Assembly: GCA_965287045.1 (NCBI GenBank) | Contig: OZ336882.1 | Span: 73,780,001-73,844,000, forward strand | Direction of reading: 5' to 3' | Origin: Carcharhinus amblyrhynchos | Taxonomy: Eukaryota | DNA length: 64,000 nucleotides | Shown: positions 1-12,845 of the stretch, in pieces | Layout: every line of letters starts with the position of its first letter | Position numbering within the stretch: the stretch's first letter is position 1 | Program-made: the position numbers and the translations under genes | Notes under the pieces: generated by a model | Told to the model about the DNA's origin: nothing | What the model saw: the letters and a program-made list of their open reading frames with translations, nothing else | The model's database searches: none

Positions 1-76
1 TCGGTTGGACTTAAACCTGGTGTTGTCAGACTTCTTATTGTGTTTACCCCAGTCCAACGCCGGCATCTCCACATCA
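1..76 (+). mobile_element. 3' end of a Penelope-like pseudo-LTR/tail, cut by the window edge
   Basis: GTTGGACTTAAACCTGGTGTTGTCAGACTTCTTA...CCAGTCCAACGCCGGCATCTCCACATCA recurs at ~30250, 57650, 59220, 60830 and 63055. At ~30250 and ~63055 it follows GIY-YIG C-terminal coding sequence. Confidence 0.7.
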
Positions 77-2635
77 TGTGTGATCAATATGTAGGATTAT
101 TTAACATTAAGGGAGGACAGGTGGTATAGCTCTGTTAAAAGCAAGAAAATAGGCACAGTTCTGGGGGACAACCTTGGCGTATCAGATGTAGTGTCGATCT
201 AGGTGGAATTGACAAATACCAAAGTAAAGAAGACAGCAACAGGATCATGATATATTTCAGCGAAAAAAAAACACTCGGAGGAAACAGTTTGAATCAAGGC
301 ATAACAAATGCACGTAAAAGAAGAGCACATTAATCATGGGCGTCTTTAACTTTAAGACAGATTGGGCTAATCAACTTGGAAATGGCAGCCAAGATAATTA
401 ATTTATAAAGTGCATTGGGTAAGAATTTTTATTTAATATGGTAAGGAGCCAAAATAGCAATCAGGTTATTTCGGATTTGGTAATATATAACGAGCTAGGT
501 TTGATAAATGATCTCAAAGCTACGGATCCTCTTGGAAGGAATGATGACCATATAATACAATTTAACATTCAGCTTGAGTGTGAGAAAATAGGGACTGAAA
601 TATCAATGTTAAAATTAAAAGAAGGGAATTGCAACGTATAAGGATGGATTTGGCCACAATGGGCTGGACGTATAGATTAATAGGTGATACGGTGGATGAG
701 CATGACTGACATTTAGGGAGAAAATTCATGACTCTGAGCAAAAAACCTTCCCAATGAGGAGGAAGAACGACTCTACGTGGAGCATAAAAAATACACAAGC
801 TGCTCATAGGAATGCAAAGAGCAACACAAATCTGACAGAATAGGACAAATAAGAAGACCAACAAAGACCACTAAAATGCTTCTAAGAACAACAAAAAGGG
901 ACTATGAAATGAAACTTGCAAGGGACATAAATTCCAATATGAAGAGACTTTATGGTTATATAGAGGGGGAGTGACCGGTTAGCACTATTGGCCCAATGAA
1001 GGTTAAGGTTGGGAATGTCGAAGGTTAAGGTTGGGTTTGCGAAATTGGAGAACAGCTGACCGGGTATTTTGCTCAAATGTTTACAGTAGAAAAGACTAAT
1101 AGGTTGCTGGAAGTCCCATGGAAACCAATGGAGGATGAGGGACAGGGACTAAATAAAGTTAACTTAAGTGAATCATCAAAAATAGGGAAACGGATGCAAC
1201 TGAAACGAAATCCGTAGCGTTCCCATGCACACCTCTTAAAGGAGGTAGGAAAACACGTTTTCACTCACCTAACTACAATCTTTCACAATTCCCTAAATTC
1301 AGGATTGGTACACAAGGACTGGCAATTTACTCGAGTCACTCCGCTCTTTAAGAAGTGTGATAGAGGGAAACCAGAGAATTGCATGCAAGTTAGCCACAGT
1401 TTGAAGTTGGGAAATTGCTGGACTCTTTTTTTCAGGGATGTGGTACCTGACAAGTTTCAGTCAATCAGCGAGATTCAGCATGAATTTATGAAAGTTAGTT
1501 CATGTCTGGCGAAGCTCATATAATTCCCTAAGGAGGTGACACGGGCAATGGAGAGATACAAGTCGCTGATTATTGTTTTTATGGACATCTAGAAGGTTTT
1601 TGATAACTTTCACACAAGACATTCTTAGCTAAGGCGGAAAGCCATGGAATTGAATTTATATTCCTGGCATGGATTGGAAATTGGTTGAAAAAACAGAAAA
1701 CAGAGTGCCTAATAATCGAAAAGTAGTAAATTGGGAGGGTTGACGAGTGGCGTTTTCGGGCCTTTGGAGAATATTTACAATGTACAGTGACGACTTAGAT
1801 AATGCCGTAAAATGTCAAAAATCCAAATTTACAGACGGCACAAAATTAGGTAGCATTATAGACAGTATTACAGCATAGAGCTGTAACCGGGTATTGATGG
1901 ATTGGGTAGATGGACCAAGCTGTGATATGGGAATTTTAAATCAAACAAGTTTGTGGTTCTCAATTTCGGATCAAAAATGTAGAGCCGGGCGTTCTTGAAG
2001 GCCCAAGATTAAATTCAGTGAGTGTCCAACGAGATTTGGGAGTTCAGGTGCACGGCCACATGCAATTGCAGAAAATAATCGAGAAGGACAACGAATACCG
2101 CCCATCATATCTAAAGGGCTAGCATGTTGGGATGCAGATATTATGCCGTATTTGCATAAACACTAGCTAGAGCCCACTTAAAATATTGCGAGCAGGTATG
2201 GGCACCAGACCTCAGAAAATGATGGAGAAATGGTAACGTAGGGTTACAAAAATTACTTTGACTTCCGGTATTACGTTATGAGGAAAGATTAGACAAATTA
2301 AACTTTTTTTTGATCGAATTCAGAAGTTTCAGGGTTGGAGGCAGTAGAACGATGATCTAAAAATAGGACCTAGCTGTTCAGGAAAGATATTAGAAAATTA
2401 GTATTCTATGCAGTGAATGGTGAAGGTATAGAACACAGTCCTTCTGAAGAGGCAGTGGATGCTGGTTCAATTGGTAGGATTAAATATGAAATCAACAACT
2501 GTACAAACTGAAGGGTCATCAAGATATATGGATCTAGGCCAGGTACATGGAATTAGGTCATAAATCAACCACGCTCATATTGAACAGCGAAGCAGGCTCG
2601 AGTGGTTAAATAGTCTGCATATGTTCCTATGTTAC
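77..2635 (+). mobile_element. Old degenerate CR1 LINE (APE endonuclease-RT remnants and 3' tail)
   Basis: Fragments DPLGRNDDHIIQFNI and DWQFTRVTPLFKK; ends in a CR1-type tail (GTTCCTATGTT); many stops and frameshifts. Confidence 0.8.
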
Positions 2636-2851
2636 TAGAAGCTGATTTGACGCGGCTTTAACTCGCTGCCCACTCCAAAAAATATACAGGCGAGAAAAAA
2701 AAATCTTAACACCCTTAACAATCAATTCTTCTGCGTGTAGCCAGTCTTGCACCGGGATTTTTCCATGCGCTGGGGAACGGATGCATATCTCCCAGAGCCA
2801 CCCAACAGTCGCCGGTCAAACCACAATTGGTGGGAAGACAGGTAAATAATT

Positions 2852-3543
2852 TAAGAACATAAGAAATAGGAGCAGGAGTAGGCCATCTTACCCTTCGAGC
2901 CTGCCCTGCCATTCAATAAGATCATGGCTGATCTGTCGTGGCTCAGTTCCACTTTCCCGCCCTCTCCTCATAACCCTTAATCCCCTCGCTTATCAAAAAC
3001 CCATCAACCCGCGTCTTAAAAATATTTAGCGAGGCAGCCTCCACCACTCCAACGGGCAGAGAATTCCAGAGATTCACCACCCTTTGAGTGAAGAAGTTCC
3101 TCCTAAACTCCGTTCTAAACCACCCCCCCACTTTATCTTGAGGCTGTGCCCACGAGTCCTACTGTCCTTTCTGAGCGGGAAGAGTCTCTCCACCTCTATC
3201 CTATCCATCCCATTCATCATCTTATATGTCTCAATGAGATCTCCCCTCATTCTTCCAAACTCTAACGAGTACAAGCCTAGTTTATTCAGCTTCTCCTCAT
3301 AGCTCAACCCCCTCAACTCCGGAATCAGCCTAGTAAACCTCCTCTGCACTCCCTCCAAGGCCAAAATATCCTTGCGTAAGTGCAGCGACCAAAACTGCAC
3401 ACAGTACTCCAGCTGCAGCCTCACCAGTGCCCTGTACAGCTGCACCAAGACCTCGCTACTTTTATATTCAATCCCCCTTGCTTTGAAGGCCAGCATCCCA
3501 TTAGCCTTCCTGACCACCTGCTGCACCTGCAGGCTGGGTTTTT
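2852..3543 (-). mobile_element. Young CR1 LINE copy X, 3' part
   Basis: Minus strand encodes [12 protein letters not shown]...LEYCVQFW...RTEFRRNFFTQRVVNLWN; the (TTCTTATG) tail lies at 2852. Confidence 0.95.
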
Positions 3544-4459
3544 GAGGCAGAGAGTGGGGGTCAACGGGTGCTATTCGGATTGGCGGATGGTGACTAGTGG
3601 AGTGCCCCAGGGGTCGGTGCTGGGGCCTCAGCTTTTTACCACTTATATAGATGATCTGGAGGAGGGAACCGAGTGTAGAGTGTCGAAATTTGCTGATGAC
3701 ACCAAGATTGGGGGAAAGGCAAATTGTGCGGAGGGTGTGGAGGGTCCTTGTGCATGAGTCGCAAAAACCCAGCTTGCAGGTGCAGCAGGTGGTCAGGAAG
3801 GCGAATGGGATGCAGGCCTTCATAGCGAGGGGGATTGAATATAAAAGTAGGGAGGTCTTGCTGCAGCTGTATAGGGCATTGGTGAGGCCGCAGCTGGAGT
3901 ACTGTGTGCAGTTTTGGGCGCCGCACCTGCGCAAGGATATTTTGGCCCTGGAGGGAGTGCAGAGGAGGTTTACTAGGCTGATACCGGAGTTGAGGGGATT
4001 GAGCTATGAGGAGAGGCTGAATAAACTAGGCTTGTACTCGTTAGAGTTTAGAAGAATGAGGGGAGATCTCATTGAGACGTATAAGATGATGAATGGGATG
4101 GATAGGATAGAGGTGGAGAGACTCTTCCCGCTCAAAAAAGACAGTAGGACTAGGGGGCACAGCCTCAAGATAAAGGGGAGGCGGTTTAGAACGGAGTTGA
4201 GGAGGAACTTCTTTACTCAAAGGGTGGTGAATCTCTGGAATTCTCTGCCCGTTGAAGTGGTGGAGGCTGCCTCGCTAAATATTTTTAAGAAGCGGGTTGA
4301 TGGGTTCTTGATAAGAGAGGGGATTAAGGGTTATGGGGAGAGGGCGGGAAAGTGGAACTGAGCCACAACAGATCAGCCATGATCTTATTGAATGGCGGGG
4401 CAGGCTCGAAGGGCTAGATGGCCTACTCCTGCTCCTATTTCTTATGTTCTTATGTTCTT
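3544..4459 (+). mobile_element. Young CR1 copy Y1 (5'-truncated, internal deletion near 3740), inserted antiparallel into copy X
   Basis: [19 protein letters not shown] and the RT C-terminus (ORF 3651-4361); TTCTTATG tandem tail at ~4440-4459. Confidence 0.95.
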
Positions 4460-5157
4460 AAAAACCCAGCTTGCAGGTGCAGCAGGTGGTCAGGAAGGTG
4501 AATGGGATGCTAGCCTTCATAGCGAGGGGGATTGAATATAAAAGTAGGGAGGTCTTGCTGCAGCTGTATAGGGCATTGGTGAGGCCGCAGCTGGAGTACT
4601 GTGTGCAGTTTTGGGCGCCGCACCTGCGCAAAGATATTTTGGCCTTGGAGGGAGTGCAGAGGAGGTTTACTAGGCTGATACCGGAGTTGAGGGGATTGAG
4701 CTATGAGGAGAGGCTGAATAAACTGGGCTTGTACTCGTTAGAGTTTAGAAGAATGAGGGGAGATCTCATTGACAGGTATAAGATGATGAATGGGATGGAT
4801 AGGATAGAGGTGGAAAGACTCTTCCTGCTCAAAAAAGACAGTAGGACTAGGGGGCACAGCCTCAAGATAAAAGGGGAGCGGTTTAGAACGGAGTTGAGGA
4901 GGAACTTCTTCACTCAAAGGGTGGTGAATCTCTGGAATTCTCTGCCCGTTGAAGTGGTGGAGGCTGCCTCGCTAAATATTTTTAAGACACGGGTTGATGG
5001 GTTTTTGATAAGCGAGGGGATTAAGGGTTATGGGGAGAGGGCGGGAAAGTGGAACTGAGCAGCGACAGGTCAGCCATGATCTTATTGAATGGCGGGGCAG
5101 GCTCGAAGGGCTAGATGGCCTACTCCTGCTCCTATTTCTTATGTTCTTATGTTCTTA
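4460..5157 (+). mobile_element. Young CR1 copy Y2, tandem to Y1
   Basis: ORF 4471-5058 is nearly identical to the 3' part of Y1; TTCTTATG tail. Confidence 0.95.
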
Positions 5158-5849
5158 TGACTCATGCACAAGGACCCCGAAGTCCCTCTGTACTGTCGCC
5201 TGCTGAAGTTTTTCACCACGTAATAGTCCTTCCTACCATTATTCCTACCAAAGTGGACCACCTCGCACTTGCCAACATTAAATTCCATTTGCCAGTTCCT
5301 TGCCCATTCGCCCAGCCTATCTAGATCCTTCTGCAGACTCTCCACACCCTCCGTGCAATTTGCCGTTCCACCAATCTTGGTGTCATCAGCAAATTTCGAC
5401 ACCATACACTCAGTTCCCTCCTCCAGATCATCTATATAAATGGTAAATAGCTGAGGCCCCAGCACCGACCCCTGGGGCACTCCACTAGTCACCAACCGCC
5501 AATCCGAATAGCACCCATTGACCCCCACTCTCTGCCTCCTATTTGACGGCCAATCCTCTATCCACGCTAACACCCTACCCCCAACTCCATGCCCCCTTAC
5601 CTTCTGCAATAACCTCTTGTGAGGCATCTCGTCAAACGCCCTCTGAAAATCAAGAAAGACCACATCCACCGGCTCTCCACTATTCACCGCCCTAGCCACA
5701 TCCTCATAGAACTCCAATAAATTTGTCAGACACGACTTCCCCTTAACGAAACCGCGCTGCGTCTGCTCTATCAAGCAGTTCCCCTCAAGATGCCTCGCTA
5801 TTTCCTCCTTGATGACGGATTCTAACATTTTACCTACAACAGACGTTAA
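5158..5849 (-). mobile_element. Young CR1 copy X, 5' part (RT core)
   Basis: ORF 5139-5873 contains [18 protein letters not shown] and FADD. It continues into 3543-2852; TTAAGA flanks the whole element (2851-2856, 5846-5851). Confidence 0.92.
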
Positions 5850-5851
5850 GA

Positions 5852-6811
5852 TTTGAATCTTTTTAAAATGCATTTTAAATACTTTTTTTTAGGTAATCAT
5901 CAGGAAATTTCAGGTCCCAACCCAGCCAGAAGTATTTCATTCCGGCGGTGTCACCCGGAATGTGGGGAATTAGTCAGAACCGTGTCGGAATGAAGGTGGC
6001 GGGGGTGGGTGGGGGGGGGGGGGGGGGGGGAACCGTGGAATCGGGACCCACCACCGAGTCGGTAGTGGGGGCGTGGTGCTTCCTGCGCATTGGCACCCTC
6101 ACAGTACCAGCCTGTGTCCCCTGGCACTATCCAAAGGAAAAATGCACATGCACAGGGCACCTTGGCACTGCGCGTCAGGCATTGGGCAGTGCCAATGAGG
6201 CAGGGCCTATTGTGGATGGGGGCTAGGGGCAAGCAGTGAGGATGGGGAGAGCCGCTGCCACTCTGCAGCCAAGATTGGTCTGAGATGGAGGAAGGGCAAT
6301 GAGTGGGGTGGGTTGGGGGTGGTCTGCCGAAGGGGATTGGGGGGGCTGCGTCCGGGGTGAGGTCTGATCCAGAGCGGGGTCAGCGGGGGTCATCAGCCGG
6401 AGTGAGCAGTGTGGGGTATCACCATCGCTGTGGAGGGTGGGCTGTGCATCGGGGTGCTCTGAGGTGGGGGTCTTGGGGTCAGGGCTGGCCCAGGAATTGC
6501 TGTGGAGGCCTCAATCGGACCATGGGAGGAGGGGTCTGGAGGTGCAGCGCTGTGATGTCCCCGGGCTGGCCAGTGATCGTGCCGGCCTGCAAGCGGAGAG
6601 TCCGACAGATCGGGACCACTGCACATGTGCAGAGTTCCAGAACGGTCAGACTCCAGTGCAAATAGGACCCAACTCCCTGGGTTTTTAATGATATTCATGA
6701 CTGAGACCTCTACAGTGCAGGACACTCAGGTGCGAGGCTGAACTGAGAAAACAGTCGAGATTTAGAACAGTTCTCCAGTCAATTCAGCACTTTTTTTTTG
6801 AGAATCACGGC
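5852..6811. repeat. GC-rich interspersed repeat, probably a non-autonomous DNA transposon; left part at ~2640-2850, split by CR1 X
   Basis: Abrupt G-rich composition ending in GAGAATCACGGCC; a similar G-rich element at 48612-49166 ends in GTAAATACGGCCC. Confidence 0.4.
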
Positions 6812-6829
6812 CAATATTTCAAATGTGAC

Positions 6830-7880
6830 TTCACCAAGGCCTTGTATTTTTGTTGCACGCATCCCCGTACCTGCACACCAATCCTCCCGCAATGAAGACC
6901 AATATACCATATGTCTTCTTTACCACCCGCTGCACTTGCATGCTTACCTTCTGTGGTTGTTTACAGTGACACATGGATATTGCCCATCCATTTAGATAAT
7001 AATCCGCAACCCCATTTTGATTTTCCTGCTTGCGTAAACTAGGTCTCCACCAATGAAGGAAGGTGCCCCATACGTCTTCGTAAGGATTTTCTCTACTTGT
7101 CCCACTGCCTTCAGGGTCCTTTAGACATGCATGCCAATATCTCTCTGCTCCCTCTGGAACTCTGAACATCCTGACATACTACTGTTCTTGGTGTATTCTC
7201 TTTCCTTGTTTGAACATAAGAACATAAGAAATAGGAGCAGGAGTAGGCCATCTAGCCCTTCGAGCCTGCCCCGCCATTCAATAAGATCATGGCTGATCTG
7301 AAGTGGATCAGTTCCACTTTCCCACTTTCTCCCCATAACCCTTAATTCCCTTGTCTGTCAAAATCCTATCTACCTGTGTCTTAAATATATTTAGCGAGGT
7401 AGCCTCCACCAATTCAACAGGCAGAGAATTCCAGAGATTCACCACCCTTTGAGTGAAGAAGTTCCTCCTCAACTCTGATCTAAGCTGCTCCCCCACCCCC
7501 CTGTCTTATCTTGAGGCTGTGCCCTCTAGTCCTACTATCCTTTCTAAGTGGGAAGAATCTGTCTACCTCTACCCTATCCATCCCCTTCATTATCTTGTAC
7601 GTCTCTATAAGATCCCCCCTCATCCTTCTGAACTCCAACGAGTACTCCAAAAATGCATTACCCGGCACTTTTCATGATTAAATTCCATTTGCTGGTGTTC
7701 TCTTGTGCAAATTTACCCAGGGAATACTTGTTCAACATTAATTGGTAATAACTGATCAGAATTTTACCTTACACCATAATATTTAGGACATTAATATATA
7801 TCAGGAAGAGGGAGGATTCTAACACTTATCCCCGAGGAACAACTGAATAAACCTTCTTTCAGTCTGAATGTCACTTTTAA
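6830..7880 (-). mobile_element. Old CR1 fragment with a young CR1 3' end nested at ~7213-7645
   Basis: QVQRVVKKTYGILVFIA in the old copy; LEFRRMRGDLIETYK, ELRRNFFTQRVVNLWN and a tail in the young copy. Confidence 0.85.
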
Positions 7881-8119
7881 CCGCTAAATTCTGAACCAAT
7901 CTTTTGCTGACACTGAACTAATTTCGTACTCATGTTGATTCTGGGCATTTTTTTTTTTCATTTTCCCACTGGCTCAACCGTTGGTCAGAAGTTTATTGTG
8001 GAGAATGGAGCTAAATGCATTTTGGAATCTCAGACAAATCAGACCAACCACATTCCACTTTTGTTTTCATGCTTGGGTCCAGCATTCGTTGCTAATTTTC
8101 CTTCATTCCTGAGGAAATT

Positions 8120-8390
8120 TGAGAGTCAGCTACATTGCTGTCGGCCTGGAGTCACATGCCGGCTACACCAGGTAAGGACGGCAGATTTCCTCCGTTAAAT
8201 GGTATTTTTGAACCACATGGATTTTTACGATATTTGGCACTGGTTATGTGGTCATTATTAGGCTTTTAATTCCAGGTTTCTACTGAATTCAAATTTCACC
8301 ATCTTCTGTACTTTTATTCGAACCTGGTTGCACACCTTGGGTCTCTGTATTCTAGTTTATTGATAATAGCACTTCTCCAACCCCTCCAAT
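8120..8390 (-). mobile_element. SacSINE1-like (Deu-domain) tRNA-derived SINE
   Basis: GGAGTCACAT...CCAGGTAAGGACGGCAGATTTCCT and GAATTCAAATTTCACCATC; related copies at ~37100-37330 and 50520-50686. Confidence 0.6.
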
Positions 8391-9023
8391 ACTTAACTAA
8401 AACATGCTAAATGCAACTGAATTCTAATGAATTTTAATCTGATTGTTCATCAACAAATGTAAGTTGGCTTTCCATAATTAATATTCATGTTACCAATTCT
8501 GTTCTGAATGATTGTTTCTAAAAGCTTCCCAACATCGAGATTTACCTATCATGTCCAGAGTTGCTGAATTTATCTTGCTACCATTGGCTGAACAAAGGTA
8601 TTGCGTTTCTGATTTCCCCATCCTCTATCACAGCCTATGCAACTACCGGACAGATGCAAAGTATGGCCCATTTGCTCTACAATTTCAACCCTCACTTCCA
8701 CCAGTTTTGTTGGATCAATCTCCTCCCAGCAATTGCATGGCAGAGTTCAATATAAGTTCACTTTGTTCACGTACCAAATAATTGTGAACCAATATCCCAT
8801 TCTGCTATTACTTCACCACGAGCACGTTTAACTTTTAATGTATGATGTCTTCATTTGGCTGCAGCTTTCATCCAATGAACTGTGGAAACCCTTATTCTAT
8901 GACGATGTTGGTCAACTCAATTTGAGTTTGAATATAGATTAATAATTATTTACATGAACGAGTTTCATGTTCTTCAAGCAAGAGAGAATTTCAATCTAAG
9001 GTGACATATTGGTTCACATCAAT

Positions 9024-9964
9024 TCAAATGTTTCGCCTTGAGTTGGAAGTTTTACCTCCTTCATTATTGGCAAACCACTGAATCAATGTGCAGGGAGACT
9101 TCAACACCTTCTTCAGCTCCTCTTGGAATTTCCTCTGAGTTACTGCATAAATACACGTATTTGGGCAGGAACTCAAAAACTTCAACATTGTTCCAATTTC
9201 CATGGCGATATATTTAAGGTTTTTACGGTCACCTTGATAAGAATTGACACTTATAACTCTAGAAATTATAACACCAATGACAGACGGCAACCACAACAAT
9301 AAAAAACTGCCTGAAACAGCGAAGAGTAAGATGATAGAGTTCCTCCGCTTTTCTATCTCTGGGTCAGCGGTTTTCTCAGTTTTGTGAGACCCAAGTTTCC
9401 TTCGGGCTACATTTGCCAATATAATACGTCTAATTGTCAATGTATTAAACAAGACAATTAAAGTAAAGGGAAGCCAAACAAGCGAAAATATGTGAAACCA
9501 GAAGAACGCTATACCCTGAGGTGATGACAAAAACTCCACACTTGGCTGGCAACCCCACTGCACATTGTTAATTATTTGCTCAGGGTCATTTTCAACAAAA
9601 AATGGGATATCCTTCAAAAAGATCAAACCAGATAGAGTTGTTATAACGACAACTACATTTCTCTCAGTGCAATGTTTTGCTTTGAACTTCTGGCAGCAAA
9701 TTACTGCAAATCGGTCAAACGTAAAGAAGACAGTGAACCAAACAGACAAATCGAGTGTGACAGCGGCCATGTAGAGCACAAACTTACACACAGGAGTGAA
9801 GTGCAAAAATGAAAGTGTAAAATTGTAACTGAATATATGATATAACATTACATTGATAATCATGACCGATAGATCTGCTGTCACCATGGCAAACATGATT
9901 AATGAGATACATTTGGAAAGCCCACATTTTCCTCGGCAAAAAATCACAATGGTCACCAAGTTCG
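9024..9964 (-). CDS. GPR139/GPR142-like class A GPCR, gene 1, exon 2 (336 aa total)
   Basis: Open frame with 7TM pattern: AMVTADL, TPVC, FTFDRF, QWGC, DPEIEKRRNS, NTCIY. The acceptor TTCCTTTCTTTCAG (AG at 9966-9965) is phase 1 and gives P-A-N-L-V-T. Confidence 0.92.
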
Positions 9965-10086
9965 CTGAAAGAAAGGAAGAAAATTAGATAGTGTTCTAGC
10001 ATGTGGCGACTTAATTCATCCAAAAGATAACAAAAAAAATGAGAGAGCTAAAACTCAGTAAAAAGAAATAATTTGCAATGACTCAC

Positions 10087-10156
10087 CAGGAACACCAATA
10101 GCTGCTAGAATTGGATAGTAAATCTCTTTTATCAACAGGATAATAGGTTTCCCCAT
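10087..10156 (-). CDS. GPR139/GPR142-like GPCR, gene 1, exon 1
   Basis: ATG at 10156, MGKPIILLIKEIYYPILAAIGVP, then G|GTGAGT donor; 122-bp intron; homologous to exon 1 of genes 2 and 3. Confidence 0.92.
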
Positions 10157-10210
10157 CTTCTGTAAATGAAAGAATAGTGTAGATGGTAACATCTCTTAGT
10201 GCACATTGCA

Positions 10211-10261
10211 TTTATATATTCATCAATCCCCCAGGTAGTCAATTAGTGGAAGTCATCATTA
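10211..10261 (-). promoter_or_regulatory. Gene 1 proximal promoter: homeodomain sites, O/E-like site, TATA
   Basis: TAATGA 10261-10256, TAATTG 10245-10240, TCCCCCAGG on the + strand 10227-10235, TATAAA 10216-10211. Confidence 0.6.
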
Positions 10262-10699
10262 TCTTTAGTTATAGTCCTCTAACAAATAGATGTATGTAAT
10301 TGTTTAGCTCCTGCTGTTTGATTAAGAGAGTGCATTAACATTTTTTATTGCATATTTAAATAACAACGACAACAAAAATATGATAATATGTTGTGTTAGA
10401 TTACGAGCGGAAGGTAAACTTTACATTGTATAGTTAAACTTGCACTTTTGTTTATTTTGAGTAAATATATTTTGTTCATACTACTTACAGAAGTACCTCA
10501 TGAAGCACTGCAGCATGAAAAGTACAGATAGATCTTTTGATAGTAATTTGCTGTAACAATCTTACTCAAGATGAATTTGTTTCCTCAGAAGTGATAATAC
10601 TAATGACACTATAGTTCATCTCCAATTTGAGTGTTTTGCTAAATCTACACTGGAGTGGAGTTCGTCAGATTTGTAACTAATAACTTATTTATAAATCTG

Positions 10700-11010
10700 G
10701 ATGATTTGTTGAGCTAGAGAATGATATGGCCAAACTATTTGAGAGATTTGAATGTAAGCATACGGGTTTTAATATCGAGGCATTGCCAGGCCAGTAGCCA
10801 GTGTGGGTCAGCAAACACGGGGCTGATTGATGAACTGGACTTAGTTGAGGTGAAGTTCAAGGAAGCAGAATTTTGGATGGGCACTGATATATGTAAGGAG
10901 GAAGATGGCCAGATGGTCATTGGAATAGTCAAGTCTAGACTAAACCAACACATTGATGAGGGTTTCGGGAACAAATGAGTTGTGGAAGGATCAGACTTGG
11001 ACAATGCTTA
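10700..11010 (-). mobile_element. Ancient L2-like LINE fragment
   Basis: Homologous to 31350-31660 and 53330-53660 (GGAATAGTCAAGTCTAGA...GATGAGGGTTTC); minus strand reads SLDLTIPMT...IQNSA. Confidence 0.55.
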
Positions 11011-11019
11011 GAATGGGGA

Positions 11020-11632
11020 AGTATGGTTATTAATCTGATAACATTCAGTCTGTCTGTCTAAGATCATCCAGTTAGTCGGGGTTGTAGGGAGTGAAACAGA
11101 TGTCATGCTAGTCATCATTGTTTAATATTAAGATTGCTACTTTATCTGTAGTTCTGCAACATAGTTCCACTTGGGACATTTCACATTTCATTGCGATCAG
11201 AGCTGAACAAATGCCCCAGTCTGAGACAAAGGACTGACACCATTTTATAGCAGAAATTTCAGTTGGATCTTTTCCAAAAGGATATATGCTATTCCAGGAT
11301 ACATTAGTTTTAAGCATTCCCGACACTTGTTTCACTGAGAAGGATAAAGAATCAGTGAACATATCGTAGTGTCACAGTTTTCTGTTGTTCCGTTCCTGAC
11401 TCTCCAGTTCGCTATCTGTTAGTGAGGACTCGGTCACTCCTGTCGTCCATAATTCTGCTCAACTCCTGGATTTTAACACTCCGTGAACTGACAGCTGATG
11501 ATTCAAATTCCAATGCCAGGTTCCTGGCGAGTTCTCAGATGGCCTGTGCTTCGAGTGGGGACGATTCAATCATGATTATAGATTGTATTCAGTTCCATTC
11601 GGGACGTGATTCTTTGCATCTTGTAGTTGCAT
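11020..11632. repeat. Low-copy duplicated block, copy 1 (paralog at 31830-32462)
   Basis: Shares GGATTTTAAC...TGAACTGAC..CTGATGATTCAA..TCCAAT..CAGGTTCCTG, TTAATATTA.GATTG and the same L2 junction with copy 2. Confidence 0.8.
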
Positions 11633-12009
11633 CTGTCTAAATCAGGGATAGTTAGCACTGCTTTGTCAGAGCAAGGTCATGCCTAACAAATGTGTTTTAG
11701 TTTTTTGAGCATGTAACCAAGTGTATGGATGAGAGTAGTATGGTTGTTGTAGTTTACACGGATTTTAGCAAAGCCTTTGACAAATCCCACATGGGAGACT
11801 TATTAAAAAGACTAATGCACATGGGATACAGAGTGCCCTGATAAGGCACATCCATAATTGGCATATCAGTAGGAGACAGAGGCTGGTGACGGATGGCTGC
11901 TTTAGTGACTGGAGTCCAGTGACCAGGAGTGATCAGTGCTGGGACCCCATTGTTTGTCATTTATATAAATTACATAGATGACTATGTGGGGGATAGGATC
12001 AGTAATTAT

Positions 12010-12601
12010 ACCCCTTCCCCCCACCCCATGCTTGCCAGGTTCCCAGGCTGCGGCTTGTGCTCCATCTTGTGAACAAGGCTGCCTCAGTGGTTTCTTCATC
12101 GTTATCTCAAGACCGCAATCGTCCCACATCTTGACACCTATGGTTTGATTAGCAATTAGCTAACATACAGGCCATCACAAATAAGTTAACTGGCATACAA
12201 GGCAATGGGGCTGGTATAACAATTTTATGTTCGTACCTAACTCTATAGCATATAATATATCAGTACATAATACATAAATAGTACATAATAAATATATATG
12301 AAGGCATGCATGTAAGCTCCACTATGTTAAACAGAAGTCCACAATATTAAAGCCACAAAAATAGATACTAGCTGGGTCAGCCACATTCCTGAACACAGTT
12401 AGCTGGGAAAATCATAAACTTGTGTGCAGCAGGGACAGTTACTTTCTTATCTGTCTGGGATACATGAAAACAAGTCTTTCATCTGTCTGGGATATATGAA
12501 AACAAGTCTTACATCTGTCTGAGATACACAAAAACAATTCTCAATATTCTTTTTACAAATCTCTAAGTATTACAGAGTCCATTAACCCATCCCCTACTTC
12601 A
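12010..12601. mobile_element. Partial LTR related to the solo LTR at 61050-61697; contains a 32-bp x3 tandem repeat (12449-12542)
   Basis: Ends CATTAACCCATCCCCTACTTCA versus CATTAACCCTCCTCCTACTTCA at 61697; unit ATCTGTCTGGGATACATGAAAACAAGTCTTTC. Confidence 0.5.
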
Positions 12602-12845
12602 ATAATAAATCAAATCAAATTAAATATATCAATAAGATGGTCAAATGGACAAATAAGTGGCAGATGGAACTTTACCCTGAAAAGTGCGAGGTGATGTATT
12701 TTGGGAGGAGGAGCTTGACAAGGAAGTATACAATGAAAGGTCTGATAATGGAAGGTTCCAAAGATCAAAGGGAACTTGATGTGTTTGTCCATGTATCTTT
12801 GGAGGTGAAAAAGGCAGGTTAATAGGATGGTGAAAAAGGCATATG

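Noticed and set aside
5948-6725. Several overlapping Gly/Pro-rich ORFs (also 48655-49104)
   Set aside because: By-product of GC-rich repeat composition; no domain or splice support.
11422-11640. Ig-like motif ILTLRELTADDS (copy 2: ILTLDELTSDDS) in the duplicated block
   Set aside because: Lacks the following G-x-Y-x-C, and the two copies differ by frame-breaking indels and stops.
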